Source: an uncultured Salinibacterium sp.
GTDB lineage: Bacteria; Actinomycetota; Actinomycetes; Actinomycetales; Microbacteriaceae
Assembly (NCBI RefSeq): GCF_963974405.1
Contig: NZ_CAXBBH010000004.1
Span: forward strand, 17,618 to 81,617
Direction of reading: 5' to 3'
DNA: 64,000 nt
Under the pieces are notes generated by a model, which was not told the DNA's origin, ran no database searches, and saw only the letters and a program-made list of their open reading frames with translations. Each line of letters begins with the position of its first letter. Position 1 is the first letter of the stretch. This document shows positions 30,318 to 39,837 of this stretch, one piece after another. Made by a program: the position numbers and the translations under genes.

Positions 30318-31436
30318 GTGCCTGAGAGTAACCAGTTAGTTGACCTTGTCCAGCTAAAGATCGATGAGTTTCTGAACGAGAAGCACAACGAGCTTCGAGC
30401 AATCGCTCCCGAATTGACCGCTCTCACCGACGTGGGAGGCTCGCTTCTCGCCGGAGGCAAGCGTTTTCGAGCCCTTTTTTGCTACTGGGGTTGGCAAGCC
30501 GTCGCTGGACTCGCTTCGCCTCAAGACCCCTTCGCGGATGGCACAGAGAGCCACGACCTCACTGGCGTGTTGCTCTCCGCTTCGGCCCTCGAGCTGTTCC
30601 ACGCCGCGGCACTGGTCCACGACGACATTATGGATCGCTCCGACACTCGTCGCGGGGCACCCTCTGCTCACCGACGTTTCGAATCAATGCATCTCGATGG
30701 GGGCTGGAGTGGCAACGCGGAGGCATACGGCGAAGCATCCGCCTTGCTCCTTGGCGATCTGCTTCTGGGATGGAGCGACGAATTACTTGGTCGGGGCCTA
30801 GCGACCCTCCCCCGCCCCTCCGCTCTCGCGGCTCGCAAAGAATTCATGACCATGCGCACTGAAGTGATGGCCGGCCAATTCTTGGACATTCATGATGAGA
30901 GCGCATGGGCAAGTTATCCAGAGTCCGAGGCACTCGACCGCGCACAAAGAGTGCTCATTTATAAGTCCGCTAAGTACAGCGTCGAAGCTCCGCTTGCTCT
31001 CGGAGCGAGCTTAGCTGCGGGCACCGAAGATCAACTGTCATCATTACGGGCCTTTGGATTGCCACTGGGCGTGGCGTTCCAGTTAAGAGATGATGTTCTC
31101 GGAGTTTTCGGTGATCCTGAAGTGACAGGAAAACCCGCAGGTGATGACCTCCGTGAAGGTAAGCGCACCGCGATCATCGCGATTGCCCGGCAGAAACTAT
31201 CAACGAGCGCCAATTCAATTCTTGACGAGCTTCTCGGCGATCCGGACCTCAGCGACGAGCAAGTCAACATGATTCGTTCAACGCTCACGGAATCCGGCGC
31301 AGTCGACCAAGTTGAGAGAGTCATCTCTCGCAATCTCGAACGCGCCTGCGAAGCAATCGAGAGCGCGAATCTTGCACCGACCGCCCGAGCGCAACTACTC
31401 CAACTCGCCACTGCGGCAACGACACGGTCGCACTAA
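30318..31436 (+). CDS. polyprenyl diphosphate synthase family protein
   Basis: 372 aa with a GTG start. First and second Asp-rich motifs are LVHDDIMDRS and FQLRDDVLG. Confidence 0.88.
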   Translation: MPESNQLVDLVQLKIDEFLNEKHNELRAIAPELTALTDVGGSLLAGGKRFRALFCYWGWQAVAGLASPQDPFADGTESHDLTGVLLSASALELFHAAALVHDDIMDRSDTRRGAPSAHRRFESMHLDGGWSGNAEAYGEASALLLGDLLLGWSDELLGRGLATLPRPSALAARKEFMTMRTEVMAGQFLDIHDESAWASYPESEALDRAQRVLIYKSAKYSVEAPLALGASLAAGTEDQLSSLRAFGLPLGVAFQLRDDVLGVFGDPEVTGKPAGDDLREGKRTAIIAIARQKLSTSANSILDELLGDPDLSDEQVNMIRSTLTESGAVDQVERVISRNLERACEAIESANLAPTARAQLLQLATAATTRSH

Positions 31437-31513
31437 AGCGGCGCTCAGTTCTCAATGAACCGCTCGAATCTCACAAGTGCGCTTGCTCAGACGCCCGAGC
31501 TTAGCCCGAGAAT

Positions 31514-31855
31514 CTAGAAACCGAGCGCCTGCGCTACGCGGCGGACTTCAGCTTTTCGCCCGGCACGAAGTGCTTCAACTGGAGCAACACCCAAGCTGGG
31601 TTCGCTCGAGAGCAGCCAGGTCATCGACTCGTCCGCGGAAAAACCAGCATCAGAAAGCACCACGACCGTTCCCTTGAGTTCGCGAAGCGGAGCACCGTCC
31701 ACAATGAAAACGTCGGGAACCTGCCAGACGCCGTCGATTCTGCGCGCGAGAAGGGCACCTTCCTCAATGAGGCGGCGCACTTGGCTCACCTTGAGCCCAA
31801 GGAGCTCAGTGAGGTCCGGAAGAGTAAGCCAGTTGATAGCGGGTGTTTCAGTCAC
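31514..31855 (-). CDS. Rv2175c-like DNA-binding protein
   Basis: 113 aa. WLTLPDLTELLGLKVSQVRRLIEEGALLARRIDGVWQVP resembles the winged-HTH Rv2175c family. It sits near a Ser/Thr kinase gene, as Rv2175c does with pknL in M. tuberculosis. Confidence 0.7.
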   Translation of the reverse strand: MTETPAINWLTLPDLTELLGLKVSQVRRLIEEGALLARRIDGVWQVPDVFIVDGAPLRELKGTVVVLSDAGFSADESMTWLLSSEPSLGVAPVEALRAGRKAEVRRVAQALGF

Positions 31856-32059
31856 ATGTTAAGAGTGCCACGTCATCACGCTAAAACCTGACAGTTCGCA
31901 CGGCTTACGGAGAATATTCAGTAGTCAACTCAGATAACACCAGTCACATTAGCCACTACTGCCACAATGGTTGACAGTAGATTGCTTCTGTGACAGCGTT
32001 GGAGCGCTGATCTCAGCGATCACATACACCTTCTCGGGGCCGGGAGCAGGAAGAACGAC

Positions 32060-33526
32060 ATGACACATTTCACGATGGAAGACACCGACAACGTGGCAGC
32101 GAGCGTTTTTGCCGGACTAGTGCCCGCAGCATCGCCGCTTGCTAACGATCGGGCTCGGCGGGTTGCACAGCAGCGAGCTCGCGTAAACCGCAGCGTCATG
32201 AACACAGTTCCTGTCTTGCTCGTGGGATCACTCGCTGCGGCCACTTTCAACCTGACCGGTCCTGTTGAGCCCGTCAATGCAAAAACACCTGACGACCCTC
32301 GCTTGTCTGCCGAACGCTCGAACAAGCCGACAACAATCACAACCACCGCCGTAAGCGAGGCCTCCACTTCGATCATCGGCCCAGCGCCAACGAGCTACCG
32401 CGTTGTAGAAGGTGACACTGTAAGCGACATTGCGGCACGCTATGGGCTCTCTACGGCCTCCGTGCTCGCCCTGAACGGGCTGAGCTGGTCGTCGATGATT
32501 TTCCCCGGTCAACAGCTGAAGCTCACCAAGGGCACCGTGGAAACGCTCCCTAGCGTCAACCACATCAAGACCACTAACGGCCAGTACACCATCGTCGCCG
32601 GCGACACCGTCAGCGGTATCGCCCACAAATTCGGCGTGTCGACCATCTCTGTGATGTCGGCAAACGGCCTGGGCTGGTCGAGCATTATCTACCCCGGCCA
32701 AACAATCATCATTCCGGGAAATCTCAGCTCTCCTACACAGGAAACTGAAGAGTACGATTTCACCCTCGACGAAGACTTCAAAGACACTGCGTCTTCATCG
32801 GAGTCGCTGCCTACTGAGAACGACAACACTTCAGTGGACACGGAAGCCCCGGCCCCAGAGAACTCCCCCGTCGAGGCGGAGGTTGAAACGACGGTTGAGG
32901 AAGCTGCGCCTGAGCCGGCTCCCGCTCCCTCATCGGGAAGCACCTATGTTGTCGTCTCAGGCGACACGATTTCGGCGATCGCAGCTCGAGTTGGCATTTC
33001 TACTCAAGCGCTGCTCGATGCCAACGGGCTCAGCGCCTCAAGCATGATCTACGTCGGTGACAAGCTGACGGTGCCATCGTCGAACTCAGTTCCCGCGAGC
33101 ACTGGCGGAAGCGTGACGTACTTGAACGCGGAGATGCGTGCAAACGCTCAAGTTATCGTGCAGGTCGGTCGCGAGCTTGGAGTATCTGATTACGGCATCA
33201 CGATTGCTCTCGCTACCGCAATGCAAGAGTCGAGCCTTCGGAATCTCAACTGGGGCGACCGCGATTCGGTAGGTCTTTTCCAGCAGCGCCCCAGTTCGGG
33301 CTGGGGTACTGTCAGCCAGCTCACCACCCCTTCACATGCAGCGCGGTTGTTCTATGGCGGTCCTAGCAACCCCAACAAGGGCATGACCCGGGGATTGCTG
33401 GATATTTCAGGGTGGCAGAACATGAGCTTGACCCGAGCGGCACAGGCAGTTCAAATCTCAGGACACCCCGATGCGTACGCAAAGTGGGAAACTTCCGCTC
33501 GATCATGGCTGCAAGAGCTGAGCTAA
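32060..33526 (+). CDS. membrane-anchored protein with 3 LysM domains and an uncharacterised C-terminal domain
   Basis: 488 aa with AGGAAG 7 nt upstream. TM segment VPVLLVGSLAAATF. Three LysM repeats (YRVVEGDTVSDIAARYG..., YTIVAGDTVSGIAHKFG..., YVVVSGDTISAIAARVG...) and an acidic linker. The C-terminal ~136 aa contain MQESSLRNLNWGDRDSVGLFQQRPS. Confidence 0.85.
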   Translation: MTHFTMEDTDNVAASVFAGLVPAASPLANDRARRVAQQRARVNRSVMNTVPVLLVGSLAAATFNLTGPVEPVNAKTPDDPRLSAERSNKPTTITTTAVSEASTSIIGPAPTSYRVVEGDTVSDIAARYGLSTASVLALNGLSWSSMIFPGQQLKLTKGTVETLPSVNHIKTTNGQYTIVAGDTVSGIAHKFGVSTISVMSANGLGWSSIIYPGQTIIIPGNLSSPTQETEEYDFTLDEDFKDTASSSESLPTENDNTSVDTEAPAPENSPVEAEVETTVEEAAPEPAPAPSSGSTYVVVSGDTISAIAARVGISTQALLDANGLSASSMIYVGDKLTVPSSNSVPASTGGSVTYLNAEMRANAQVIVQVGRELGVSDYGITIALATAMQESSLRNLNWGDRDSVGLFQQRPSSGWGTVSQLTTPSHAARLFYGGPSNPNKGMTRGLLDISGWQNMSLTRAAQAVQISGHPDAYAKWETSARSWLQELS

Positions 33527-33584
33527 GCGCCAGAACAGCCGTGTCTAGCGGCACTCTCGAAGCTCCGAACTTTAGACTCTCAGA

Positions 33585-35558
33585 GTGAATGCGAACTCTA
33601 CTGATCCGATGATCGGCCGTCTGCTCGACGGTCGCTATCAGATTCGTTCGCGTATCGCGCGCGGCGGAATGGCAACCGTCTATCTCGCGACCGACCTGCG
33701 CCTCGAGCGCAAAGTCGCTATCAAGGTTATGCACGGTCACCTTGCCGACGACAGCAAGTTCAAGGAACGCTTCGTGCAAGAAGCGCGTTCCTCAGCTCGC
33801 CTTGCCCACCCCAACGTGGTCAACGTCTTCGACCAAGGCCAAGACAGCGACATGGCCTACCTCGTCATGGAGTATCTCCCCGGGATCACGCTGCGCGATC
33901 TTCTTCAGGAACATCGCATTCTCACCACAGAGCAAACGCTCGACATCATGGAGGCGGTACTCGCGGGCCTCGCCGCTGCCCATAAAGCCGGCATTGTTCA
34001 CCGTGACCTCAAACCCGAAAATGTGTTGCTAGCCGACGACGGCCGCATCAAGATAGGCGATTTCGGACTCGCGAGGGCGGCCAGCGCCAATACTGCGACA
34101 GGCGCAGCGCTTCTCGGCACAATCGCGTATCTCTCCCCCGAACTCGTAACCCGAGGACTCGCTGACACCCGCAGTGATATCTATGCCGTCGGCATCATGA
34201 TGTACGAGATGTTGGTGGGCGAACAGCCCTTTAAGGGCGAACAGCCCATGCAGATCGCGTACCAACATGCGAACGAAGTGGTGCCGAGCCCGAGTTCCGC
34301 CAATCATCTTGTGCCCGCCGAACTCGACGACCTCGTACTCTGGGCAACGGCTCGCGAACCGGACGATCGTCCCAAAGACGCTCGCGCGCTGCTCGACCAG
34401 CTCTATCAAACGCACAGCTCGCTCATGACTGCCCTGCCGCCAACGGCATCCACTGCGGTACAACGCACGATGGTGCTTCCAAGCGCACCCGCACCGGAAC
34501 CACAGAACTCGACGGCAGACACGCAAGTATTTGGCGCAGAGCTTCAGCAGGTCGCTGCTCCGGCGCCCACCCAGGTTTCTGAAAACACCACAACGCTCTC
34601 CACGAGAGCGAGCAAGCGTAAGTCACGTGGGTGGTGGCTCATTGCGCTCATCGTTCTCCTTGTCGGCGCTGCCGTCAGCGCGGGCTGGTACTTCGGTGCC
34701 GGGCCGGGCTCTCAAGTCACCATCCCCGAGAGCATCAAGAGTGCAACGCCGGAAGAAGCTCACGCAATGCTGGAAGAGCTAGGGCTTGTGGTGAGCGACG
34801 AGCTTGGCGAGACGTATGACCCCGTCGTTGCGGTTGATTTGGTGGCGAATTCCACGCCCGAAATTGGTACTGCCGTGCCCAACGGATCGACAGTTCAATT
34901 GCTCGTTTCTCAAGGCCCGCGCCCTATCGCCGTACCCAGCTTTGTCGGAATGACAGAAGAAGAAGCTCGTGCAGCTATCAGCGCTGCTCCCTTTACGCTT
35001 GTTGAACCGATCATTAGACAGTTCAGCAGCGACATTGCGACAGGCCTCGTCATTGACGTTCTTGGTGCAGATGATGAATCAATCGTGGGCGCCGAGACTT
35101 ACGGCGAGCTTCAGAACGTTACGCTCGTCATATCGACAGGGCCCCTCCCCGATGTCGCGTGCTCGACGGTCGACGAAGCAACCCAGATCTTGGCTGGGGT
35201 AGACCTCAATGTTCAGCTTGGGATCGAAGTCTTCAGCGATTGCGAAAAAGGTACCGTCGTCGCAATAGATCCTGAAGAGAATGCTGATGGGGTTGCTCGC
35301 ACCGTTCGCGAAGGCGACACAGTAACCCTCATCACGTCACGAGGCCCGGACCTCGTACAGGTACCCGACGTGTCTGGTGACACTATCAATGCGGCTATCT
35401 CCGAGCTCGAGGCCCTCGACTTCATCGTTAACGTCGAAACAGACCTCCCTCAAGGATTCTGGGGATCAGGCCTCGCCATCGTTTCCGGCACGGATCCCTC
35501 GGCCGGAGAATCGATCAAACGCGGCTCAGAAGTTACCGTTTACGGGCCACAGATCTAA
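33585..35558 (+). CDS. Ser/Thr protein kinase with four extracellular PASTA domains
   Basis: 657 aa. Hanks kinase motifs (GGMATVYLA, VAIKV, HRDLKPEN, DFGLA, SPE), one TM helix (WWLIALIVLLVGAAVSAGWYF) and four ~65-aa PASTA-like repeats. GTG start at 33585; the ATG at 33609 is an alternative. Confidence 0.92.
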   Translation: MNANSTDPMIGRLLDGRYQIRSRIARGGMATVYLATDLRLERKVAIKVMHGHLADDSKFKERFVQEARSSARLAHPNVVNVFDQGQDSDMAYLVMEYLPGITLRDLLQEHRILTTEQTLDIMEAVLAGLAAAHKAGIVHRDLKPENVLLADDGRIKIGDFGLARAASANTATGAALLGTIAYLSPELVTRGLADTRSDIYAVGIMMYEMLVGEQPFKGEQPMQIAYQHANEVVPSPSSANHLVPAELDDLVLWATAREPDDRPKDARALLDQLYQTHSSLMTALPPTASTAVQRTMVLPSAPAPEPQNSTADTQVFGAELQQVAAPAPTQVSENTTTLSTRASKRKSRGWWLIALIVLLVGAAVSAGWYFGAGPGSQVTIPESIKSATPEEAHAMLEELGLVVSDELGETYDPVVAVDLVANSTPEIGTAVPNGSTVQLLVSQGPRPIAVPSFVGMTEEEARAAISAAPFTLVEPIIRQFSSDIATGLVIDVLGADDESIVGAETYGELQNVTLVISTGPLPDVACSTVDEATQILAGVDLNVQLGIEVFSDCEKGTVVAIDPEENADGVARTVREGDTVTLITSRGPDLVQVPDVSGDTINAAISELEALDFIVNVETDLPQGFWGSGLAIVSGTDPSAGESIKRGSEVTVYGPQI

Positions 35559-35593
35559 CCCGAACTCGCGGAACGCTGAGGTCCACGCGCGCA

Positions 35594-35643
35594 AAACGCC
35601 CGCCAGCCGGATGCCTCTCAAGGCAGTCGACTGGCGGGCGTTT
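35594..35643. terminator. bidirectional hairpin between the convergent kinase and DAHP synthase genes
   Basis: 13-bp arms AAACGCCCGCCAG (35594..35606) / CTGGCGGGCGTTT (35631..35643), with an inner GCCT/AGGC stem. A/T runs flank both sides. Confidence 0.6.
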
Positions 35644-35650
35644 CTGGTCG

Positions 35651-37021
35651 CTAGAAAGCGCGAAGCTCCTCGGCTACGAGAAACGCGAGTTCGAGGGACT
35701 GCATGTGGTTTAGACGTGGGTCGCAGAGAGACTCGTAACGAGTCGCGAGCGTCGCCTCATCAATTTGCTCGGAGCCGCCCAGGCATTCGGTGACATCGTC
35801 GCCGGTGAGCTCGATGTGGATACCACCAGGGTAGGTTCCCGCTGCCCGGTGTGCTTCAAAGAATCCCTTGACTTCATCCACAACATCGTCAAAGCGGCGA
35901 GTCTTGTAACCCGTGGGTGTCGTAAGACCGTTTCCGTGCATGGGGTCAGTAACCCACAGTGGCGTGGCATCCATGCTCTTGATCGCTTCGAGTAGAGGCG
36001 GCAGAGCATCGCGCACCTTGCCTGCACCCATACGGGTAATGAACGTCAGTCGACCAGGTTCACGCTCGGGGTCAAGCTTGTCGATGAGCTGCTTCATCGT
36101 CTCAGGCGTGGTGGTTGGACCGAGCTTAACGCCGATCGGGTTGCGTAGTCTCGAGAAGTAATCGATGTGGGCACCGTCAAGGTCACGAGTGCGCTCACCG
36201 ATCCACAGGAAGTGAGCACTCGTGTTGTACGGAGTACCTGTACGAGAGTCAATACGCGTCATCGGACGCTCGTAGTCCATCAGTAAGCCTTCGTGGCTGG
36301 CGTAAAACTCGGTGCGCTTGAGTTCATCGAAGTCGGCGCCGGCCGCCTCCATGAAACGCACCGCCTTGTCGATCTCCTTTGCGAGGCTCTCATACTGGCG
36401 GTTCGCCGGGTTAGCAGCGAAGCCCTTGTTCCATGAGTGAACTTGGCGAAGATCAGCGAAGCCACCCTGCGTGAACGCGCGAATAAGGTTCAACGTCGAG
36501 GCGGCCGTGTGGTAGCCCTCGACAAGACGTGCAGGATCCGCCGTGCGCGATTCCGGCGTGAAATCGTAACCGTTGACGATATCGCCCCGGTATGCGGGCA
36601 GTGTGACATCACCACGCGTCTCCGAGTCGCTCGAACGCGGCTTGGCGAATTGACCAGCCATGCGCCCCATCTTGACGATTGGCTTGGACGCGCCATAAGT
36701 CAAAACGACGGCCATCTGCAGAATCGTCTTGACGCGATCGCTGATTTGCTGAGCAGTCGCACCGGCAAACGTCTCTGCGCAATCGCCCCCTTGCAACAGG
36801 AAAGCATCGCCCTGGGCGGCGCGCGCGAGTCGCGCGCGGAGACGATCGACTTCGCCAGCAAACACGAGCGGCGGCAGTGACGCGATCTTGCTGGATGCCT
36901 CACCAACCGCGTCGGCATCCGGCCACTGAGGTTGCTGCTTGATAGGGAGGGTGCGCCAGTTGTCTAGACCGGCAATCACGGCGGGATCAGCGAGCACGAC
37001 TGGTTCTGACGGGTCGACCAC
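35651..37021 (-). CDS. aroG: class II 3-deoxy-7-phosphoheptulonate (DAHP) synthase
   Basis: 456 aa with a GTG start. Length and blocks (QPQWPD, LLQGGDCAE, RMAGQFAKPRS, IGERTR) are typical of actinobacterial/plant-type class II DAHP synthase. Confidence 0.92.
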   Translation of the reverse strand: MVDPSEPVVLADPAVIAGLDNWRTLPIKQQPQWPDADAVGEASSKIASLPPLVFAGEVDRLRARLARAAQGDAFLLQGGDCAETFAGATAQQISDRVKTILQMAVVLTYGASKPIVKMGRMAGQFAKPRSSDSETRGDVTLPAYRGDIVNGYDFTPESRTADPARLVEGYHTAASTLNLIRAFTQGGFADLRQVHSWNKGFAANPANRQYESLAKEIDKAVRFMEAAGADFDELKRTEFYASHEGLLMDYERPMTRIDSRTGTPYNTSAHFLWIGERTRDLDGAHIDYFSRLRNPIGVKLGPTTTPETMKQLIDKLDPEREPGRLTFITRMGAGKVRDALPPLLEAIKSMDATPLWVTDPMHGNGLTTPTGYKTRRFDDVVDEVKGFFEAHRAAGTYPGGIHIELTGDDVTECLGGSEQIDEATLATRYESLCDPRLNHMQSLELAFLVAEELRAF

Positions 37022-37151
37022 GAGGAGTTTCCTTCATACATTTACTGCGAAAATGGCTGGGTTTGTGACCCACTAAGAGCCTACCGGCACCGCGGCGCCT
37101 CAATGACACCGTTACGACAAGCTGATGGCCTAAGTTGGGCGAGGGAACGAG

Positions 37152-37838
37152 CTAGCGACGAGCAGCGCCGCGGTCCTTGACCGAGGTGGCGTACACATCG
37201 ACATACTCTTGACCGCTAATGCGGTTGAGCTCATACATGATCTCGTCGGTGATGGAACGAAGAATAAAGCGATCGCCTTCCATACCTTCAAACCGACTGA
37301 AGTCGAGGGGTTCGCCGAAAACGATACCGATGCGACCCATGCGAGGGATCTTGGTACCGATAGGCATGACCTTCTCGGTATCGATCATGGCAACGGGCAC
37401 GACAGGGACTTGTCCCTCGAGGATCATTCGCGCTACGCCAGTGCGACCCCGATACATCTTTCCGTCGGGACTGCGAGTGCCCTCTGGATAGATGCCAAGA
37501 ACTTCACCACGAGCGAGTACGGCGAGCCCGGTGTTGAGCGAAGCCTCGGAAGCCTTACCGCCCGAGCGATCGATCGGCAGCATGCCTGTTCCGTTGAAGA
37601 ACGCCCGAGACAGCCAACCTTTGATGCCTCGACCAGTGAAATAGTCGCTCTTGGCGAGAAAGAAAATACGGCGATCCATAACCAGCGGCAAGAAGACCGA
37701 ATCGATGAACGATAAGTGATTACTGGCCAAGATAACGCCACCGGTGCGAGGAATATTCTCCAAACCGGATACCCATGGACGAAAGACGGTCTTCAAGATA
37801 GGACCGGCAACCAAATTCTTCATAAACCAATAGAACAT
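37152..37838 (-). CDS. lysophospholipid (1-acylglycerol-3-phosphate) acyltransferase family protein
   Basis: HX4D motif NHLSFIDS and YPEGTRS. The start is set at the ATG at 37838 (MFYWFMKNL...), which follows GAGGAGAAGAGG. The track ORF extends to 37928. Confidence 0.85.
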   Translation of the reverse strand: MFYWFMKNLVAGPILKTVFRPWVSGLENIPRTGGVILASNHLSFIDSVFLPLVMDRRIFFLAKSDYFTGRGIKGWLSRAFFNGTGMLPIDRSGGKASEASLNTGLAVLARGEVLGIYPEGTRSPDGKMYRGRTGVARMILEGQVPVVPVAMIDTEKVMPIGTKIPRMGRIGIVFGEPLDFSRFEGMEGDRFILRSITDEIMYELNRISGQEYVDVYATSVKDRGAARR

Positions 37839-37867
37839 GGCACCTCTTCTCCTCGTCGCGGGAATAC

Positions 37868-37967
37868 CCACTCTAGCGTCCGCCGTGATGCACCCCACAA
37901 ACGGGTGCACATTTTCATACGTGCCCACTGTTTACATGGTTTGTCGACAACGACCTCGCTAGAGTGG
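37868..37967. repeat. 11-bp inverted repeat pair flanking a small hairpin in the divergent intergenic region
   Basis: CCACTCTAGCG (37868..37878) and its exact reverse complement CGCTAGAGTGG (37957..37967). Between them lies a 7-bp hairpin TGCACCC/GGGTGCA (37889..37909). Confidence 0.5.
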
Positions 37968-38001
37968 AGTAGACCACCTTACCGGTGCCAAAGGAGTTGC
38001 C

Positions 38002-39825
38002 GTGAAACAGTTTGATGTACCAGCCCTTGTTGAGGCTGACCCGGAAGCAAACGCTACCGATCTCTTGATAGATCGCGTTGCGGCCACGCCCAATAGCGCG
38101 TTGTTCTCGCTACCTACAGCCAATGGCGGCTGGAGCGATGTGACGTCGTCGGAGTTCCTGACCCAAGTCAAGGACCTCGCTAAGGGCCTTGTCGCCGCGG
38201 GCATTGAGCCAGGAGACAAAATCGGTCTGATGTGCAAGACCCGATACGAGTGGACGCTGATCGACTTCGCCACGTGGTTTGCCGGAGCAGTACTCGTTCC
38301 CATCTACGAGACGAGTTCGCCGAGCCAGATCCATTGGAACATTACGGACTCTGGCGCAACAGCGATGATCACAGAGACACCGGATCACTTCGCGCGCTTC
38401 GATGAAATCCACGCAGACGTTCCCGCCATCTCGAACGTGTGGCAAATAGATCTTGGCGACCTCGACAAGCTAGCGAAGTCAGGCAGCGACGTTAGCGACG
38501 ACGAAATTGAACGTCGACGCAATCTCGCCAAGGGCTCAGACCTCGCTACCCTCATTTACACTTCCGGTACCACAGGGAAGCCCAAGGGCTGCATCATCAC
38601 CCACTCCAACTTTGTGGAGTTGTGCCGCAATTCACAAAAGGCGATCCCCGAAGTCGTCAACCCCGATTCGAGCACCCTGCTGTTCATCACGACAGCACAC
38701 ATTTTCGCTCGCTTTATCTCAATCCTGTGCATCCACGGGGGTGTTAGGGTCGGCCACCAGCCAGACACCAAGCTGCTGTTGCCATCGATGGCATCATTCA
38801 AACCGACCTTCCTCTTGGCGGTGCCACGAGTCTTCGAAAAGGTCTACAACTCGTCAGAGCAAAAGGCAGAAGCTGGCGGCAAGGGCAAGATCTTCCGCAA
38901 AGCAGCGGATGTCGCGATCGCTCATTCCAAAGCGGTGGATGCCGGACACGTGCCTCTAGGACTCAAGATCCAGTTCGCCGTCTTCGACCGACTCGTGCTC
39001 TCCAAAATTCGTACGGCACTTGGCGGTCGCGTGAAGTACGCCGTTTCTGGTTCCGCACCGCTCGGGCTGCGTCTTGGTCACTTCTACCGCAGCCTCGGCC
39101 TCACGATTCTTGAGGGCTACGGGCTCACCGAAACGACAGCACCGATTTCAGTGAACAAGCCGTCGAACTTCAAAATTGGCAAGGTCGGTCCCCCGCTGCC
39201 CGGAGTCTCAGTTCGCATTGCTGAGGATGGTGAGATTCAAGCCAAGGGTGTGTGTGTTTTCGATGGCTACTGGAACAATCAGGCCGCCACAGATGAAGTG
39301 TTCGAAGACGGCTGGTTCAAGACCGGAGACATCGGCAAAATCGACGAAGAAGGCTATCTCGAGATCACCGGCCGCAAGAAGGAGATCATCGTCACAGCGG
39401 GAGGCAAGAACGTTGCTCCTGCTGCGCTTGAAGATCCCATCCGCGCGAACCCGATCATCGGGCAAGTTGTCGTAGTGGGTGAACAGCGCCCCTTCATTTC
39501 AGCACTCGTCACACTCGATGAAGAAATGCTCCCCACATGGCTCGGCAACAACGGCCTCGACGCTACGTGGACTACCGAACAGGCCGCAAAGCATCCTGCC
39601 GTGCTTGCCGAAGTGCAGCGTGCGATTGACGTTGGAAACTCTCGGGTTTCTCGCGCAGAGTCGATTCGCAAGTTCCACATACTCGACGCTGATCTGACTG
39701 AGGCAAGCGGCCACTTGACTCCGAAGCTGAGCATCAAGCGAAACGTCATTCTGGCTGATTTTGCCGATGTCATCGAGAGTCTGTATTCAAACTCCCCCGC
39801 GACCGAGGGAATCTCGCTCAAGTAG
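38002..39825 (+). CDS. long-chain fatty acid--CoA ligase (AMP-forming)
   Basis: 607 aa. GTG start with AAGGAG at 37991..37996. AMP-binding motif YTSGTTGKPKG, plus GYGLTET and TGDIG. Confidence 0.9.
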   Translation: MKQFDVPALVEADPEANATDLLIDRVAATPNSALFSLPTANGGWSDVTSSEFLTQVKDLAKGLVAAGIEPGDKIGLMCKTRYEWTLIDFATWFAGAVLVPIYETSSPSQIHWNITDSGATAMITETPDHFARFDEIHADVPAISNVWQIDLGDLDKLAKSGSDVSDDEIERRRNLAKGSDLATLIYTSGTTGKPKGCIITHSNFVELCRNSQKAIPEVVNPDSSTLLFITTAHIFARFISILCIHGGVRVGHQPDTKLLLPSMASFKPTFLLAVPRVFEKVYNSSEQKAEAGGKGKIFRKAADVAIAHSKAVDAGHVPLGLKIQFAVFDRLVLSKIRTALGGRVKYAVSGSAPLGLRLGHFYRSLGLTILEGYGLTETTAPISVNKPSNFKIGKVGPPLPGVSVRIAEDGEIQAKGVCVFDGYWNNQAATDEVFEDGWFKTGDIGKIDEEGYLEITGRKKEIIVTAGGKNVAPAALEDPIRANPIIGQVVVVGEQRPFISALVTLDEEMLPTWLGNNGLDATWTTEQAAKHPAVLAEVQRAIDVGNSRVSRAESIRKFHILDADLTEASGHLTPKLSIKRNVILADFADVIESLYSNSPATEGISLK

Positions 39826-39837
39826 CACACTCAGAAA

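Noticed and set aside
31856-32059. A ydaO/c-di-AMP riboswitch upstream of the LysM gene.
   Set aside because: I looked for the conserved cores (GGGGACCCA, GGGGUGAAUC, CCCGAACCCG, AGCUAACCUCGUAAGCG-like) on the plus strand and found none. Only a vague GCTAAAACCTGACAG resemblance exists. I kept the region as an unexplained long leader, not as a riboswitch call.
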